From Pseudomonadota bacterium (GTDB taxonomy: Bacteria; Pseudomonadota; Gammaproteobacteria; Burkholderiales; JABEVD01), in assembly GCA_021835845.1 (NCBI GenBank), contig JAKBJU010000007.1, positions 9,559 to 73,558 on the forward strand: DNA of 64,000 bases, written 5' to 3'. Position 1 is the stretch's first letter. The number at the start of each line of letters is the position of its first letter. Shown here one piece after another: positions 10,847 through 21,554 of the stretch. The position numbers and the translations under genes are program-made. Below the pieces are notes generated by a model, which had not been told where the DNA came from, searched no databases, and was given only the letters and a program-made list of their open reading frames with translations.

Positions 10847-13664
10847 GGGGCCGCTCCTCGCCTTCCCCGTACAAATTGGCGGTGCAACGCCCGCAGATCG
10901 AGGGATGGCGCCTGTCTGCCCCCACATCCTCCCGGTAATGCCAGCAGCGCTCGCATTTCTGATGGGGACTCGCCTTCACGACGATGCCTTCCTCTGGTGA
11001 TTCGACGAGAACCGCTTGCGATGTCACGAGCAGGAAGCGCAGATCATTGCCGAGCGAACTCAGCAGCCGGTATTTTTCGCCACCGGCGCGAATTTCGACT
11101 TCCGCTGCAAGGGATGAGCCGATGAGTCCGCTTTGTCTCGCTTCCTCGAGATGCTTCTGGGCTTCGGAGCGGTATTCCCTGAGCCTTGCCCATTTCGCAA
11201 GCAGGGCATCCCCCTGCTCCAGCCCGGGAAACGAATGCCAGGTATGGAAGAACACGCTCTCCTCCGCGTCATTCGTGAAGAACGCCCAGGCTTCCTCGGC
11301 CGTGAAGGAAAGGATGGGGGCAAGCAGCCTCAGCAGGCTGTGGAGCACATGGTAGAGGGCGTTCTGGGCGGAGCGGCGTGCGACAGCATGCTCTCCCGAA
11401 GTGTAGAGCCTGTCCTTCAGGATGTCGAGGTAGAATCCGCCGAGGTCTTCGGAACAGAAATGGTGCAGGCGCTGCGCGACGAGATGGAATTCGTACCGAT
11501 CGTAATGCGCCACCAGCTCCTTCTGCAGGGAATCCGCAAGCGCCAGCGCATACCGGTCTATCTCGAGCCATTGCTCGACGGGCATGCCATGCTTTTCGGG
11601 ATCGAAATCGGCGAGATTGGCAAGCAGGAAGCGCATCGTGTTCCTGATCCTGCGGTAGCTTTCCGTGACGCGCTTCAATATTTCGTCGGAGATCGTGAGC
11701 TCCCCGGAATAGTCGGTCGATGCGACCCACAGGCGCAGTATGTCCGCGCCCAGCGTATCCATGACCTTCTGGGGACTCACCACATTGCCTCTCGACTTGC
11801 TCATCTTGTGGCCGTGTGCGTCGACGACGAAGCCGTGGGTGAGCAGGGCCCTGTAGGGGGCACGGGCATCGATCGCGCAGCCGGATAGAAGGGAGGACTG
11901 GAACCATCCCCTGTGCTGGTCGGAACCCTCGAGATAGAGGTCCGCTGGATAGGCGAGGTCCGGTCTTGTCCGCAATACCGAGAAATGCGTGGTTCCCGAA
12001 TCGAACCAGACATCCAGCGTGTCTCTCAGCTTCTCATAGGACGGATCGACGCCGAACTCCTTCTGGTCGAGCGAGAACCAGGCTTCCACGCCGTCATTTT
12101 CGATTCTCTTCGCGACTTTTTCGATGAGCTCCGGGGTGTCGGGATGAAGCTCGCCGGTTTCCTTGTGGACGAAAAAGGGAATCGGCACGCCCCAGTTCCT
12201 CTGCCTGGAGATGCACCAGTCCGGCCTTTTCTCTATCATGCCTTCGAGTCTTGCCTTCCCCCAGGAGGGAAAGAATTCGGTGCTTTCCACGGCGCCTGAG
12301 GCGATTTCCCTGAGGGGTTTCTCTCCCGAATCCATGCCGATGAACCACTGGGCGGTGGCGCGGAAAATGATCGGGCTCTTGTGGCGCCAGCAATGGGGAT
12401 AGCTGTGCCTGATCTGCTCGACCTTCAGGAGATGCCCGCTCGCCTCTAGCGCTTCGATCACGACGGCATTGGCCTTCCAGACGGAAAGCCCGCCCACGAG
12501 CGGCACGGAATCGAAAAACTTGCCGCTGCCGTCCACGGGGTTCTCGACTTCAAGTCCGTATTCCAGTCCGACGAGATAGTCGTCCACGCCGTGCGCGGGG
12601 GCGGTATGCACGGCCCCCGTGCCTGCATCGGCGGTCACATGTTCGCCCAGTATCACCGGCACTTGCCGATCGTAGAACGGATGCTTGAGCAGAACACGCT
12701 CCCAGTTTCTGCCAAGACAGTTCGCGATGATGTTAATACGGTTATCGCTCAGAGGATCGATGCCATATCGTTGCAAAGCCTCATCAGTCAACTGGTCGGC
12801 GAGTACGAGATATTCCTTGCCTGTATCGACCACGTCATAGTGAAATTGCGGATTCAGGCAAACGGCTTCGTTGGCTGGCAATGTCCAGGGCGTCGTGCTC
12901 CAGATTACAAAACAAACCGGTTTATTATAATCCGGGTTGATATCAACTCCGAATAAGGGCCTGTGTCCCTGACGCGGCAACGTTCTGCCGGCAGCCTTGT
13001 CCCAGAAACCTTCCCGGTCTATCACCTCGAATTTCACGTCTATCGCGGGGGAGGTCTTGTCCTCGTACTCCACTTCGGCTTCCGCAAGCGCTGAGCCGCA
13101 GTCGATGCACCAGTTGACGGGCTTCTGCCCCCTGTAGATGTGGCCGTTTTCCAGGATTTTCCCGAGCGCCCTGACGATGTCGGCCTCGGTTCTGAAATTC
13201 ATCGTGAGATAGGGGTTTTCCCAGTCGCCGAGAACGCCGAGCCTGATGAAGTCGTTTTTCTGCCGCGCGACCTGCACGGCCGCATATTCACGGCACAGGC
13301 GCCTGAATTCGTCGGGAGCAACTTCCTTCTTGCCGAGCTGCTTCTCGACCATCAGTTCGATGGGCAGGCCGTGGCAGTCCCATCCCGGAACATAGGGGGC
13401 GTCGAAGCCGGAAAGGGTCTTCGACTTGACGATGATGTCCTTCAGGATCTTGTTGACCGCATGCCCGATGTGAATGTCGCCGTTGGCATAGGGCGGGCCG
13501 TCGTGCAGGATGAATTTCGGCCTGTTCGCCGCGATTTCGCGGATTCTTCCATAGCGGTTCTTCTGGCGCCAGGATTCCAGCATGCCCGGCTCGCGTTTTG
13601 CGAGATCGCCCCGCATGGGAAACAGCGTATCCGGAAGGTTCAGTGTTTGCTTGTAGTCTGTCAT
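10839..13664 (-). CDS. ileS: Isoleucine--tRNA ligase (type 1)
   Basis: [18 protein letters not shown]-terminal CERCW..CGRC zinc site. Confidence 0.98.
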   Translation of the reverse strand: MTDYKQTLNLPDTLFPMRGDLAKREPGMLESWRQKNRYGRIREIAANRPKFILHDGPPYANGDIHIGHAVNKILKDIIVKSKTLSGFDAPYVPGWDCHGLPIELMVEKQLGKKEVAPDEFRRLCREYAAVQVARQKNDFIRLGVLGDWENPYLTMNFRTEADIVRALGKILENGHIYRGQKPVNWCIDCGSALAEAEVEYEDKTSPAIDVKFEVIDREGFWDKAAGRTLPRQGHRPLFGVDINPDYNKPVCFVIWSTTPWTLPANEAVCLNPQFHYDVVDTGKEYLVLADQLTDEALQRYGIDPLSDNRINIIANCLGRNWERVLLKHPFYDRQVPVILGEHVTADAGTGAVHTAPAHGVDDYLVGLEYGLEVENPVDGSGKFFDSVPLVGGLSVWKANAVVIEALEASGHLLKVEQIRHSYPHCWRHKSPIIFRATAQWFIGMDSGEKPLREIASGAVESTEFFPSWGKARLEGMIEKRPDWCISRQRNWGVPIPFFVHKETGELHPDTPELIEKVAKRIENDGVEAWFSLDQKEFGVDPSYEKLRDTLDVWFDSGTTHFSVLRTRPDLAYPADLYLEGSDQHRGWFQSSLLSGCAIDARAPYRALLTHGFVVDAHGHKMSKSRGNVVSPQKVMDTLGADILRLWVASTDYSGELTISDEILKRVTESYRRIRNTMRFLLANLADFDPEKHGMPVEQWLEIDRYALALADSLQKELVAHYDRYEFHLVAQRLHHFCSEDLGGFYLDILKDRLYTSGEHAVARRSAQNALYHVLHSLLRLLAPILSFTAEEAWAFFTNDAEESVFFHTWHSFPGLEQGDALLAKWARLREYRSEAQKHLEEARQSGLIGSSLAAEVEIRAGGEKYRLLSSLGNDLRFLLVTSQAVLVESPEEGIVVKASPHQKCERCWHYREDVGADRRHPSICGRCTANLYGEGEERPHA

Positions 13665-13665
13665 G

Positions 13666-14586
13666 TCAATTTTCAAAATATCGCCTGGCGTCCTGCACGT
13701 CCCTGCCTATCCGGGCCTTCAAGGTTTCGAGATCGGGAAACTTTTCCTCGTCGCGCAATTTGAACAGAAAATCGACGCGCAGGCGAGCGCCGTAGATTTC
13801 CCCTTCGAAATCCAGCAGATGCACTTCGAGCACGGGATTGCCGCCGCGAACCACCGTGGGCCTCACCCCCAGGCTGGCCGCTCCCCTGACGGGATCCTTC
13901 CTGATGCCGTGAACTTCGACCACATGGATTCCGGAAAGCGGCGGCTTGTTGTGCTTGAGCCTGATGTTCGCCGTGGGGTAGCCCAGGGCCCTGCCGAGCT
14001 TGTCGCCGTGGACAACCCTGCCGACGATGCTGTAATTTCGCCCCAGAAGGCGCTTCGCGAGCCCGAGATCCCCAGCTTTGACGGCCTCCCTGACGAGGGT
14101 GCTGGAAATCCGCTGACCGTCCAGCTTCACGCTGCGCATGGCCTCGACTTCAAAACCGAATTGCTTCCCCGCATCCGTCATCGAGCCGAAATTCCCGGCG
14201 CGCTTCGCTCCGTAGTGAAAATCGTCCCCTATCAGCACCCATTTCGCGCCCAGCCCGGAATGGATCTTATATTCGAATTCGGAGGAATCCATTTTCGCGA
14301 ATTTCGCATCGAAGCGGCACAGGTGGACCCGGTCGATATTCAGCGCCGCGAAAAGCGAGAGCTTCTCGCGCATGTCCGTGAGCCTTGCCGGAGCACTGGC
14401 AGGATCGAAGAATTCCCTGGGGTGGGGCTCGAAGGTCATGACGCAGGCAGGAACACCCAGGGATCTTGCCTTTTCGACGAGGCGTGCAAGAACGGCCTGA
14501 TGCCCGAGATGAACGCCGTCGAAGTTGCCTACGGTGAGGGCGACCGGAACTTCGGCTTTTTCGGGGATTCCGCGGAAAACCAGCAT
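13666..14586 (-). CDS. ribF: Bifunctional riboflavin kinase/FAD synthetase
   Basis: [23 protein letters not shown]. Confidence 0.96.
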   Translation of the reverse strand: MLVFRGIPEKAEVPVALTVGNFDGVHLGHQAVLARLVEKARSLGVPACVMTFEPHPREFFDPASAPARLTDMREKLSLFAALNIDRVHLCRFDAKFAKMDSSEFEYKIHSGLGAKWVLIGDDFHYGAKRAGNFGSMTDAGKQFGFEVEAMRSVKLDGQRISSTLVREAVKAGDLGLAKRLLGRNYSIVGRVVHGDKLGRALGYPTANIRLKHNKPPLSGIHVVEVHGIRKDPVRGAASLGVRPTVVRGGNPVLEVHLLDFEGEIYGARLRVDFLFKLRDEEKFPDLETLKARIGRDVQDARRYFEN

Positions 14587-14629
14587 AGTTCTTGCAAAAT
14601 AATGGATTTTACTGCTTATCCCCGCAATT

Positions 14630-15763
14630 TCAAAGCATGGCTTTGGCTGCATTCCACCAATGGGTCAGCCAGCCCGCCTTTTCCACGGGCGTCAGGGCCA
14701 CCAGGGGAATCTCGACGACTTTCCGGCTGCCGTCGCTCAGTACCAGCTTGCCGACCGCCTGCCCGCGCTTCAAGGGCAGGGAAATCGACGACGGGACTTC
14801 CAGGCTGGGCTTGAGACTTGAATAGGTGCCTCTGGGCACGGTCACCCAGACGTCTTCCAGGGGGCCTACCTGAATTTGCATGGGACTCGCTTTCGGATCC
14901 TGCAGCTTGCCGACCGGCTGCCCGGCATGGTATGCCTTGTGCGTTTCGAAGAAACGGTAGCCATAATCCAGCAGCGCTTCGGCCGACTTGGCGCTGGCTT
15001 CGCGGGAAGAGGCGCCAAGCACCACTGCAATCAGCCTGTGCCCGCCGCGCACTGCGGTCGCATCCAGGCAGTAGCCCGCATCGTCGGTGTGGCCGGTTTT
15101 CATGCCCGTCACCGTGCTGTCGCTGAAAACCAGGGGATTCCAGTTGTTCTGGGTGACATGGTTGTAGGTGAAGGTCTTTTCCCCGAAGTAATGCAGGTAT
15201 CCGGGATACTTCCTGATGATCGCCTCGGTCAGGATGCCGATATCCCTCGCACTGGTCAGGTGGGATGGCATCGGCAGACCGTCGACGTTGAGAAAGTGGC
15301 TTTCGTTCATGCCGAGCTGCCCTGCGGTGACATTCATCATTTGCACGAAACTGTCCATGTTGCCCGCAATCGCCTCCGAAATGGCCACCGCGGCGTCGTT
15401 TCCGGACACCACCACCATTCCCTGGATCGCCTGTTCCACCGTCACCGGCAACCCGGGCTGCAGGAACATGGTCGAGCCGCCCGCCTTCCAGGCAGCCACG
15501 CTGACCGGCACATTCTGGCCCAGCCCCAAAGTGCCGTTCGAAATCGCCTGGAAAGTCAGATAGGCGGTCATCAGCTTGGTGAGGCTCGCAGGCGGCACCT
15601 GTTTTTCCGCATCGTGAGCGGCGAGCATCTGCCCGGACAGCGGGTCGATCAGCGCATAATTGCGCGCATCCACCTGGGGCGCTGCGGGAAGCGGCAGCGG
15701 ATCGGCAGGGGCGTTCGATGCGGCCAGCAACAAGATGCCCAGGGGCAGGATCGGTAATTTCAT
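14630..15763 (-). CDS. D-alanyl-D-alanine carboxypeptidase (PBP5/6 family)
   Basis: PASLTK (SxxK), SGN and KTG motifs, signal peptide. Confidence 0.93.
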   Translation of the reverse strand: MKLPILPLGILLLAASNAPADPLPLPAAPQVDARNYALIDPLSGQMLAAHDAEKQVPPASLTKLMTAYLTFQAISNGTLGLGQNVPVSVAAWKAGGSTMFLQPGLPVTVEQAIQGMVVVSGNDAAVAISEAIAGNMDSFVQMMNVTAGQLGMNESHFLNVDGLPMPSHLTSARDIGILTEAIIRKYPGYLHYFGEKTFTYNHVTQNNWNPLVFSDSTVTGMKTGHTDDAGYCLDATAVRGGHRLIAVVLGASSREASAKSAEALLDYGYRFFETHKAYHAGQPVGKLQDPKASPMQIQVGPLEDVWVTVPRGTYSSLKPSLEVPSSISLPLKRGQAVGKLVLSDGSRKVVEIPLVALTPVEKAGWLTHWWNAAKAML

Positions 15764-15817
15764 GGAGTTTCCTATGCGCGGTCAATCCCGCAATTATACG
15801 GAAACCCAGCCAGGAAT

Positions 15818-17068
15818 TCAGATCATCATGCCGGCCGCCACCGTGTTGTTGGTGGCTTCGTCGATCACGATGAAGCTCCCGGTGGCACGGTTCTTAGCGT
15901 AGCTGTCGATTGCCAGTGCATGCTGCACCTTGAATCCCACCCTGGCGATGTCGTTCATGGAAAGCGCCTCCACTCCCGGCTCCTGCTCCAGCGTATTGAC
16001 GTTCACCCTGCAGGCTATCCTGTCGATAATGATCCTGGCGGTTTTCGTCGCATGCTTGATCAGGTATCTGCGCCTCACATCGAGCCGATCTTCCGAAAGC
16101 CAGCAGAGCATCGCTTCGAATTCCTTCGAAAGACCGGGACGGTTTTCCGATTTCACGATCATGTCGCCGCGCGAAATGTCGATTTCGTCTTCCAGCAGCA
16201 GGGTGACGGACTGCGGGGCGACGGCCTCGATGAGGTTGCCGTCAAAGGTCGAAATGGCCCTGACCCTGGAAGTCCTGCCGGAGGGCAGGACAGTGACCGC
16301 ATCGCCTATCCTGAGGCTGCCCGACTCTATCCTTCCCATGTACCCCCTGAAGTCGTGCCATTCTTCCGTCTGGGGCCTGCATACCCATTGCACCGGAAAG
16401 CGAAAATCTTCCATATTGATGTCGTGGTTGATCTCGATGTTTTCGAGCACTTCCAGCAAGGTTTCCCCGCCGTACCAGGGCATGCTGCTTCCCCGCTCGA
16501 CGACATTGTCCCCGGCCAGCGCCGAGATCGGAATGGGAATGATGTTCCTGAGATTGAGGCCGGATGCGAATTCCTCGAATTCTCTGACGATGGACTCGAA
16601 CACCTCTTTCGAATAGCCGACGAGATCCATCTTGTTGACTGCGACGACAAGGTGCGGAATGCCGACGAGGCTCGCCAGGTAGGCATGGCGCTTCGTCTGG
16701 GTGAGCACGCCGCGTCTCGCATCGATCAGGATGATCGCGAGATTCGCGGTGGAAGCGCCAGTCACCATGTTTCTCGTGTATTGCTCGTGCCCCGGCGTGT
16801 CGGCAATGATGAATTTGCGCTTCGGGGTGGCGAAATAGCGGTAGGCGACGTCGATCGTGATGCCCTGCTCGCGCTCTGCCTGGAGCCCGTCGGTAAGCAG
16901 CGAAAGATCGACCCCTTCGAGGCCGCGCCTTTTCGTGGTTTTTTCGATGGCGCAAAGCTGGTCCTCGAAGATCGATTTCGAATCGTGCAGCAGCCTGCCG
17001 ATCAGGGTGCTCTTGCCGTCGTCGACGCTTCCCGCAGTGATGAAGCGCAACAGTTCGATATTTTTCAT
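15818..17068 (-). CDS. cysN: Sulfate adenylyltransferase subunit 1 (GTPase, no fused APS kinase)
   Basis: GSVDDGKSTLIG, DTPGHEQY, NKMD. Confidence 0.96.
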   Translation of the reverse strand: MKNIELLRFITAGSVDDGKSTLIGRLLHDSKSIFEDQLCAIEKTTKRRGLEGVDLSLLTDGLQAEREQGITIDVAYRYFATPKRKFIIADTPGHEQYTRNMVTGASTANLAIILIDARRGVLTQTKRHAYLASLVGIPHLVVAVNKMDLVGYSKEVFESIVREFEEFASGLNLRNIIPIPISALAGDNVVERGSSMPWYGGETLLEVLENIEINHDINMEDFRFPVQWVCRPQTEEWHDFRGYMGRIESGSLRIGDAVTVLPSGRTSRVRAISTFDGNLIEAVAPQSVTLLLEDEIDISRGDMIVKSENRPGLSKEFEAMLCWLSEDRLDVRRRYLIKHATKTARIIIDRIACRVNVNTLEQEPGVEALSMNDIARVGFKVQHALAIDSYAKNRATGSFIVIDEATNNTVAAGMMI

Positions 17069-17988
17069 CAGAAATATCCTTCCTTTTTCCTGAGCTCCAT
17101 GGAAGCTTCCGAAGTCTGGTCGTCCATCCTGGTCGCTCCCCTTTCCGTGATCCGGGTCGTCGCCGTCTCGATGATGATGTCTTCCAGGGTGGATGCGTCC
17201 GATTCGACCGGGCAGGTGCAGGTCATGTCGCCCACGGTCCTGAAACGCACCGACAGTTCTTCGACCCGTTCGTTTTCCTGAGGCCTCACCAGATGCGAGA
17301 CGGGAAGCAGGCTGCCCCCCCTCCTGATCACCTGGCGCCGATGTGCGAAATAGATGCTGGGGATTTCAAGCCTTTCCCTGGCGATATACTGCCAGACGTC
17401 CATTTCGGTCCAGTTGCTGATGGGAAACACGCGGATGTTTTCTCCCGGATGAACCCTGGCGTTGTAAAGATCCCACAATTCCGGCCTCTGGTTTTTCGGA
17501 TCCCACTGACCGAATTCGTCCCGGAATGAAAATATCCGCTCCTTGGCTCGCGCCTTTTCCTCGTCGCGTCTTGCTCCGCCTATGCAGGCGTCGAATCTGA
17601 ATTCCGCTATCGCATCGAGCAACGTGACCGACTGGAAGGCATTTCTGCTCTGGCCGGGATGCTTCAGGATGACGCGATTCTGCCTTATCGAGTCTTCCAT
17701 CGATCGCACGATCAGCCTTTCCCCGAGATCGAGAGCGCGCCGGTCCCTGAAGTCGATCACCTCGGGAAAATTGTGCTCGGTGTCGATGTGCAGAAGCGGA
17801 AAGGGAAATTTCGCGGGCCTGAACGCCTTTTCCGCAAGACGCAGCAATACGATGGAATCCTTGCCTCCCGAGAAAAGCAGGGCCGGGTTGCCGCATTCGG
17901 CCGCGACCTCCCTCATGATGTGGATGGCTTCGCTCTCCAGCACGTCGAGATGAGTGAGTTTGCGGGAAATGATATTCAAATTGCCCAT
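17068..17988 (-). CDS. cysD: Sulfate adenylyltransferase subunit 2
   Basis: FSGGKDS, GGARRDEEKARAKER, MELRKKEGYF. Confidence 0.97.
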   Translation of the reverse strand: MGNLNIISRKLTHLDVLESEAIHIMREVAAECGNPALLFSGGKDSIVLLRLAEKAFRPAKFPFPLLHIDTEHNFPEVIDFRDRRALDLGERLIVRSMEDSIRQNRVILKHPGQSRNAFQSVTLLDAIAEFRFDACIGGARRDEEKARAKERIFSFRDEFGQWDPKNQRPELWDLYNARVHPGENIRVFPISNWTEMDVWQYIARERLEIPSIYFAHRRQVIRRGGSLLPVSHLVRPQENERVEELSVRFRTVGDMTCTCPVESDASTLEDIIIETATTRITERGATRMDDQTSEASMELRKKEGYF

Positions 17989-17989
17989 G

Positions 17990-18664
17990 TCATGCCTTTT
18001 TCCTGTGAAGTCCGCATTCCCTGCCGGCGGCCTCTTCCCACCACCAGCGCCCTGCCCGCACGTCTTCGCCGCGAGTGATCGCACGGGTGCAGGGAGCGCA
18101 GCCTATGCTGGGATAGCCCCTGTCGTGCAGGTCGTTGTAGGGAACATTCTGCATGCGGATGTAATTCCACACTTCCGCCTCCGACCATTCCAGCAGCGGG
18201 TTGAATTTGTAAAGCCGGTTTTCTTCGTCATAGACGGCATCCAGCAGGTCGCTGCGCGTCGGGGACTGCTGCCGCCTCATGCCGGTGATCCATGCCCCTT
18301 TTCCCTCCAGCGCCCGCGAGAGCGGCTCGACCTTCCTGATCTGGCAGCAGAACTTCCTCAGCTCGACCGACTCGTAGAAGGCGTTCGGGCCGTTCCTTTC
18401 GGCATAATCCTCTACCGAGCCCGCTTTCGGGAAGTAAACCTCGATTTCCAGTCCGTAGCGCTGCCTGGTTTTTTGCATCAGCTGATAGGTTTCCTCCGGA
18501 AGTCGCCCGGTATCGAGCGTGAATATCGAAACCGGGATGCCGTGCCTCGCTATCATGTCGATCAGCACCATGTCTTCCACGCCAAAGCTGCTCGCAAGGC
18601 ATGCGGGGGCATGATCGGCCGCAATGTTTTCCAGGGCATTGCGCAATGCTTCTATCTTTTCCAT
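17990..18664 (-). CDS. cysH: APS/PAPS reductase (Fe-S cysteine pattern of the APS-type)
   Basis: CCQIRKVEPL, SIGCAPC, ECGLH. Confidence 0.94.
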   Translation of the reverse strand: MEKIEALRNALENIAADHAPACLASSFGVEDMVLIDMIARHGIPVSIFTLDTGRLPEETYQLMQKTRQRYGLEIEVYFPKAGSVEDYAERNGPNAFYESVELRKFCCQIRKVEPLSRALEGKGAWITGMRRQQSPTRSDLLDAVYDEENRLYKFNPLLEWSEAEVWNYIRMQNVPYNDLHDRGYPSIGCAPCTRAITRGEDVRAGRWWWEEAAGRECGLHRKKA

Positions 18665-18665
18665 G

Positions 18666-20678
18666 TCAGGCTGCCCTCGGCAAGGCTTCGCTCAGATCGA
18701 GCTGGCCGTCGTGCTGCAGGCAATATTCGGCAGCCTCCCGGGTCCAGGCATCGAGCAATTTGAAGAGGCCGGAGAGCGAATCCGTTTCCGAGTCCTGAAG
18801 ACGCCTGACGATGTCCTCGAAAAGCTCGCTCAATTTCCCAGGAACCAGGGATTTCATCTGTTCGGAAATCTCCGCAAGCGCATCCCCGGCATTGCCGCCA
18901 TGAAGATGCACCAGCCCCTGCCCGATCAGGGTCAGGATGGACTCGGCGCACTTCGCCGCCTCCCCGTATTTGCGCTGCATGAAGAGCGCATCGCGATAGC
19001 GCCGCTCATGAGCCGCCTCGAAGAAGCTCGACCCGATCCTGACCTGGGATGCGCCTGCGCATTCTCCGCCGCCCAACTGGAGCACCTTGAATTCCCTGGA
19101 TTCCCCATGATCGTGCAGGACAGCGAGGATTTCATCGGATTTCACTTCGACGAGGTCCGAGAGCAGTTCGTTGATAACGTGTTGTCCGCTGTTTCTCACC
19201 CAGTCGAAGAAGGATCCGTTGCCGCCATGGGCGCCTTTCAGGCGAGAGATCGCCTCCTCTATTCTGGCCGAGGGAATGGAAGGCCCCTTGATCGCAAGCG
19301 CACCTTCCCCCATGCCGTTTCCGCCCAGGTAGAGCTGGTAATGGGGAACCAGCTTGCCGTGGATGCGCCGCCCTTCCCCGTAGAGACCGATGTCTCCGGT
19401 CTCGGGCTGGGCGCATCCGTTATGGCAACCCGACACCCTGATGCGCAGATCGCTTTTCCCGCCGTCGAGCTTTGGCGCCAGGACCATGCTGGAGGAAATG
19501 CCCAGCCTGCAGGTAGTGGTGCCAGGGCAGGCGGTCACATTGTCCCCTGCCGCAGGCTCCTTGAGGCCGAGTTCCGAGAATTCCGCGCGCAATGCAGGGA
19601 TCTTTTCCTTCGGCACGTTCAGGATCACGAGGTTCTGGTCCTGGGTGGTGCGCAATGCTTCGAGGCCGTGCCGCCGGGCGATTCGCGCAATTCCCCGCAA
19701 CTGGCCGGAGGCGAGATTCCCTATGGGAAGCCGGACCGGGAAAACGAACAGCCCCTCCTGCCTCTGGCGGAAAATGCTCCTCGGCGCGCCCTGGCCGCAG
19801 GGCTCCGCAGCATCCCCCTTCTTCCAGCTTCCCTCAGGGTAGGAGTGCTGTGCCAGCGCGCTGCGGGTTACCGCCAGTTCCTCGCGATATCGTTCGATGA
19901 AGCCTTCCGTTCCAAAGCGGTCGACCAGGAATTTGATCCTGGATTTGGCGCGCTTGGTTCTGTCGGAATAGCGGTTATGGAGCGAAATCAGGGCCTCCAT
20001 CACGATGAGCAGTTCCTTCTCCTCGATGAAGGGTTCGACGACTATGGCCTCGTGAGGTTTATGTCCCAGTCCTCCCCCTGCGTAAACCCTGAACCCGAAA
20101 CGACCTTCATCGCTCACTGCGACGATGCCGACATCGTGGATCATGGCCTGTGCGCAGTCGGCTTCGCAACCCGAGAGGCTGATCTTGAACTTCCGTGGCA
20201 TCTGCTGGCTAAGCGGATTCCTCAGAAAATGCAGCACCGCCCCTTCGAGATGGACGGATACGTCGACATGCTCTCTGGAGCACACGCCCGCCATGGGGCA
20301 GGCGGTGATGTTGCGCACAGTATTGCCGCAGGCCTCCCTGGTGGTGAGGTTCGCCTTCTCCAGGATGCGCATGGCCGAAGGAGTCTCGGCAAGCGGCACG
20401 GAATGGATCTGGATGTCCTGGCGTGTCGTGACGTGCACCGTATCGTTTTGCGAGTGGATATCCAGCACATCGGCTATCGCCTCGAGCTGCGCCGGATTGA
20501 TCGAGCCCCCGGGAATCTTCACGCGCAGCATGTTGACTCCATCCTGGCGCTGCCCATAGACCCCCTGCTGCAACCGGATCGCGGTGAACCGCTCGGCGTC
20601 GATCTGCAGGTTGAAATAGCCTGCCAGCGCCGACTCGAAACGATCGATCTCTTCGGAATTCGTCAATACCTCGTTCAT
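18666..20678 (-). CDS. Siroheme nitrite/sulfite reductase (assimilatory sulfite reductase by context) with C-terminal extension
   Basis: GVYGQRQ, HVTTRQD, PRKFKISLSGC, CPGTTTC...GCHNGC. Lies upstream of cysH-cysD-cysN. Confidence 0.88.
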   Translation of the reverse strand: MNEVLTNSEEIDRFESALAGYFNLQIDAERFTAIRLQQGVYGQRQDGVNMLRVKIPGGSINPAQLEAIADVLDIHSQNDTVHVTTRQDIQIHSVPLAETPSAMRILEKANLTTREACGNTVRNITACPMAGVCSREHVDVSVHLEGAVLHFLRNPLSQQMPRKFKISLSGCEADCAQAMIHDVGIVAVSDEGRFGFRVYAGGGLGHKPHEAIVVEPFIEEKELLIVMEALISLHNRYSDRTKRAKSRIKFLVDRFGTEGFIERYREELAVTRSALAQHSYPEGSWKKGDAAEPCGQGAPRSIFRQRQEGLFVFPVRLPIGNLASGQLRGIARIARRHGLEALRTTQDQNLVILNVPKEKIPALRAEFSELGLKEPAAGDNVTACPGTTTCRLGISSSMVLAPKLDGGKSDLRIRVSGCHNGCAQPETGDIGLYGEGRRIHGKLVPHYQLYLGGNGMGEGALAIKGPSIPSARIEEAISRLKGAHGGNGSFFDWVRNSGQHVINELLSDLVEVKSDEILAVLHDHGESREFKVLQLGGGECAGASQVRIGSSFFEAAHERRYRDALFMQRKYGEAAKCAESILTLIGQGLVHLHGGNAGDALAEISEQMKSLVPGKLSELFEDIVRRLQDSETDSLSGLFKLLDAWTREAAEYCLQHDGQLDLSEALPRAA

Positions 20679-20691
20679 GATTCTTCCTTTT

Positions 20692-21447
20692 TCAAAATAC
20701 CAATTTACCGCCGATCAACATCAGCATGCTGGCCAATGCCCCTCTCAGCATGCTTTCTGGAATCTTCGAACCGATATGGCTGCCGATATAGATTCCCGGC
20801 AATGATCCCAGCAGCAGGCTGCCCAGCAGATGAAAATCGACCTCCCCCAGCGCGGCATACCCCAGCCCCGCAATGGCCGTCAGGGGAACGGCGTGCGCGA
20901 TGTCCGTTCCGACCACACCGCTTGCGGACAGGCGCGGATACAGGTAGAACAGGGCGACGGTGCCGAGCGCGCCAGCCCCGACTGACGAGAAAGTTACGAG
21001 AAAACCCAGAACCACGCCAAGTATCACTGTCGCAATGCCGGTCCTGTTTTCCGCAACCCTGACGATTTTTCCTATCCCCACCCTGAAAACGAGCGCGACG
21101 GAAGTGAGGATGAGCGCAATCCCGAGGGTGGTCGATACCACGGATGCCAGGGCATGCCTGTCCACGGAAAGATTCTTCAGCACGAATATGCTCAGAATGG
21201 CGGCAGGAATGCTGCCGGTTGCAAGTAATCGCGCGATCTTCCAGTCGACATGGCCGCTCGTGCCATGCACCCATGCGCCTCCCGCCTTGGTGATTGCGGC
21301 ATAGAGGAGATCGGTTCCCACCGCGATTGCCGGGGGGATGCCGAATACGATCACGAGCAGCGGGGTCATCAATGATCCTCCGCCAACTCCCGTCATGCCC
21401 ACGATGGAGCCTATGAGCAGCCCGGACAGGGCATATCCGAAATCCAT
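20692..21447 (-). CDS. TauE/SafE-family (TSUP) sulfur-anion transporter
   Basis: GMTGVGGGSLMTP, AVGTDL, VGTDIAHAVP; polytopic membrane protein. Confidence 0.92.
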   Translation of the reverse strand: MDFGYALSGLLIGSIVGMTGVGGGSLMTPLLVIVFGIPPAIAVGTDLLYAAITKAGGAWVHGTSGHVDWKIARLLATGSIPAAILSIFVLKNLSVDRHALASVVSTTLGIALILTSVALVFRVGIGKIVRVAENRTGIATVILGVVLGFLVTFSSVGAGALGTVALFYLYPRLSASGVVGTDIAHAVPLTAIAGLGYAALGEVDFHLLGSLLLGSLPGIYIGSHIGSKIPESMLRGALASMLMLIGGKLVF

Positions 21448-21554
21448 TCGCTTCCTTCTGAAATACCGAGTGGACCCATGATAGCAAGCAGGCTATATAT
21501 TCTTAAATAATTTTATGTTAGAGTTTTATAACCACGCGGAATTAGGATGGAATC
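21448..21554. promoter_or_regulatory. AT-rich divergent control region between the cys operon and cysB
   Basis: AT-rich stretch (TATATATTCTTAAATAATTTTATGTTAGAGTTTTATAA) between a LysR gene and its divergent target. Exact sites were not resolved. Confidence 0.5.

Noticed and set aside
18624-21062. 812-aa plus-strand ORF, and similar long ORFs at 44-1276, 6737-8146, 34043-35938 and 37927-39393
   Set aside because: All lie antisense to well-supported genes, as expected from codon bias.
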